A stretch of DNA of 24,183 bases from a virus (taxonomy: Duplodnaviria > Caudoviricetes). The notes beneath the pieces are model-generated. The model was given only the letters and a program-made list of their open reading frames with translations. It had not been told where the DNA came from and did not search any database. The position numbers and the translations under genes are program-made. Below, one piece after another: positions 23,302 through 24,183 of this stretch (position 1 is the stretch's first letter; each line of letters opens with the position of its first letter). Location of the stretch: positions 1 through 24,183 of the IMG/VR virus record IMGVR_UViG_3300037462_000671; one strand, 5' to 3'.

Positions 23302-24183
23302 TCAGAAGCCGCGCTGCTCGGCGGCGAAGCGGTAGGGTTCGGCGGCGTCGTCCGGATCGATGACCACTGTGCGTGTGCGCAGCGCGTCGAAGGCGGCCGC
23401 CAGCGCGTCCACCTGGTCATCGTGCGCGTCCTTGATGCCGGTGAAGGATCGGATCTCGGACACGAACGGGCCGGCCCACCTCGGGGAGTCCGTGGGCAGG
23501 AAGATGCGTCCGGCGTTCCAGCCGGCAGCGACCGGCTGGGCGCGGATGAACTTGTCGGCCGTGGCGGGCTTGGCCTGGATGCGCAACTGGGTCTTGCCCG
23601 GATCGTCCGGGCGCGCGTTCATCAGGTCCACCACGCCGCGCTCGGTGCCGCTCACGTAGGCGACCATGGGGGCGCCCGGGTAGGTGGTGGCCAGGGCGCG
23701 CAGGCGCTCGGCGAAGACCGGGGCCGGGGCCTGCATCCGGTGCAGGTCGAGGAGGTGGTACCGGCCCTCGCACTCGGCCAGGACGACGGCCACGGAGTAG
23801 TCCGAGGCGGTCTTCTCCGTGTAGGCGAGGTCGATGCCGATGGCGACGCGGTAGTGGGCCGGGGGCGGCGAGAAGAGCACGTCGCCCTCGAACACGGCGC
23901 CGCCCTTGGGCGTGGGGCGCTGGTCGTAGAGGCTCGCCCAGTCGTACTCGCCCACGTCGATGCGGCGCTCGGCCAGGAAGGCAGCCGGCATGAACTCCGG
24001 CCACAGGGCCTCGCCCGGCTGGCGTGGGTCGAGCGGGTCGGTCCCGTCGGCGATGGCACGCAGTTCGATGACCTCCCAGCCCTGGCCGGCGTTGCGCTCG
24101 CGGAGCCAGCCGATGAGGTCGTCCGGGTGCCAGCGGGTGTGGACCACGAGGACGGACGCCCCCGGGTGCACGCGGGTCATGGC
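23302..24183 (-). CDS. terL: Terminase large subunit, C-terminal part (5' truncated by the window)
   Basis: Coupling motif HTRWHPDDL, WASLYDQRPTPKGG, and RNase H-like nuclease motifs IGIDLA, SDYSV and HDDQVDA. Confidence 0.95.
   Translation of the reverse strand, partial: AMTRVHPGASVLVVHTRWHPDDLIGWLRERNAGQGWEVIELRAIADGTDPLDPRQPGEALWPEFMPAAFLAERRIDVGEYDWASLYDQRPTPKGGAVFEGDVLFSPPPAHYRVAIGIDLAYTEKTASDYSVAVVLAECEGRYHLLDLHRMQAPAPVFAERLRALATTYPGAPMVAYVSGTERGVVDLMNARPDDPGKTQLRIQAKPATADKFIRAQPVAAGWNAGRIFLPTDSPRWAGPFVSEIRSFTGIKDAHDDQVDALAAAFDALRTRTVVIDPDDAAEPYRFAAEQRGF

Larger units (their letters stand above)
1..24183 (-). mobile_element. Head-neck-contractile tail-baseplate module of a tailed phage/prophage (Mu-like structural genes with non-Mu terminase and protease); extends beyond both window edges
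   Basis: About 28 co-oriented, abutting or overlapping ORFs in canonical virion-gene order (terminase, portal, protease, capsid, neck, sheath, tube, chaperone, tape measure, baseplate, fibres). Confidence 0.96.

Noticed and set aside
1-24183. Host assignment (e.g. Myxococcota or Actinomycetota) and intrinsic terminators
   Set aside because: High GC and a leaderless-type promoter are not diagnostic of a host. No hairpin plus U-tract could be supported in the very short intergenic gaps.

Overview
This very GC-rich window (roughly 70-75% by eye) is almost entirely one tightly packed, minus-strand virion morphogenesis operon of a contractile-tailed (myovirus-type) phage or prophage. It is cut at both window edges. 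Gene order in the direction of transcription (right to left): terminase large subunit (partial), jelly-roll/cement-like protein, RcGTA Rcc01079-like head-spike base, Mu gp29/DUF935-type portal, HK97-type prohead protease fused to a scaffold, DUF2190-like decoration protein, major capsid protein, neck/head-tail genes, sheath, tube, tail chaperone with a candidate -1 frameshift, tape measure, Mu-like N/P/45/46/47/48 baseplate genes, several unusual fibre or appendage genes, and the start of a probable head-fibre gene. One plus-strand membrane-protein gene interrupts the operon. It has a leaderless-type promoter and no stop codon of its own before it runs antisense into the tape measure gene. The most notable observations are (i) a split, GTA-like head-spike system, (ii) a Pro-rich duplicated mini-protein sitting where a spike-tip (PAAR) gene is often found, (iii) a 550-aa protein with about six His-pair repeats, and (iv) the antisense moron. 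All family assignments come from motif recognition and synteny, not from database searches. No integrase, replication, lysis, tRNA, rRNA or CRISPR features are visible, so prophage, free phage and GTA-like element cannot be told apart.
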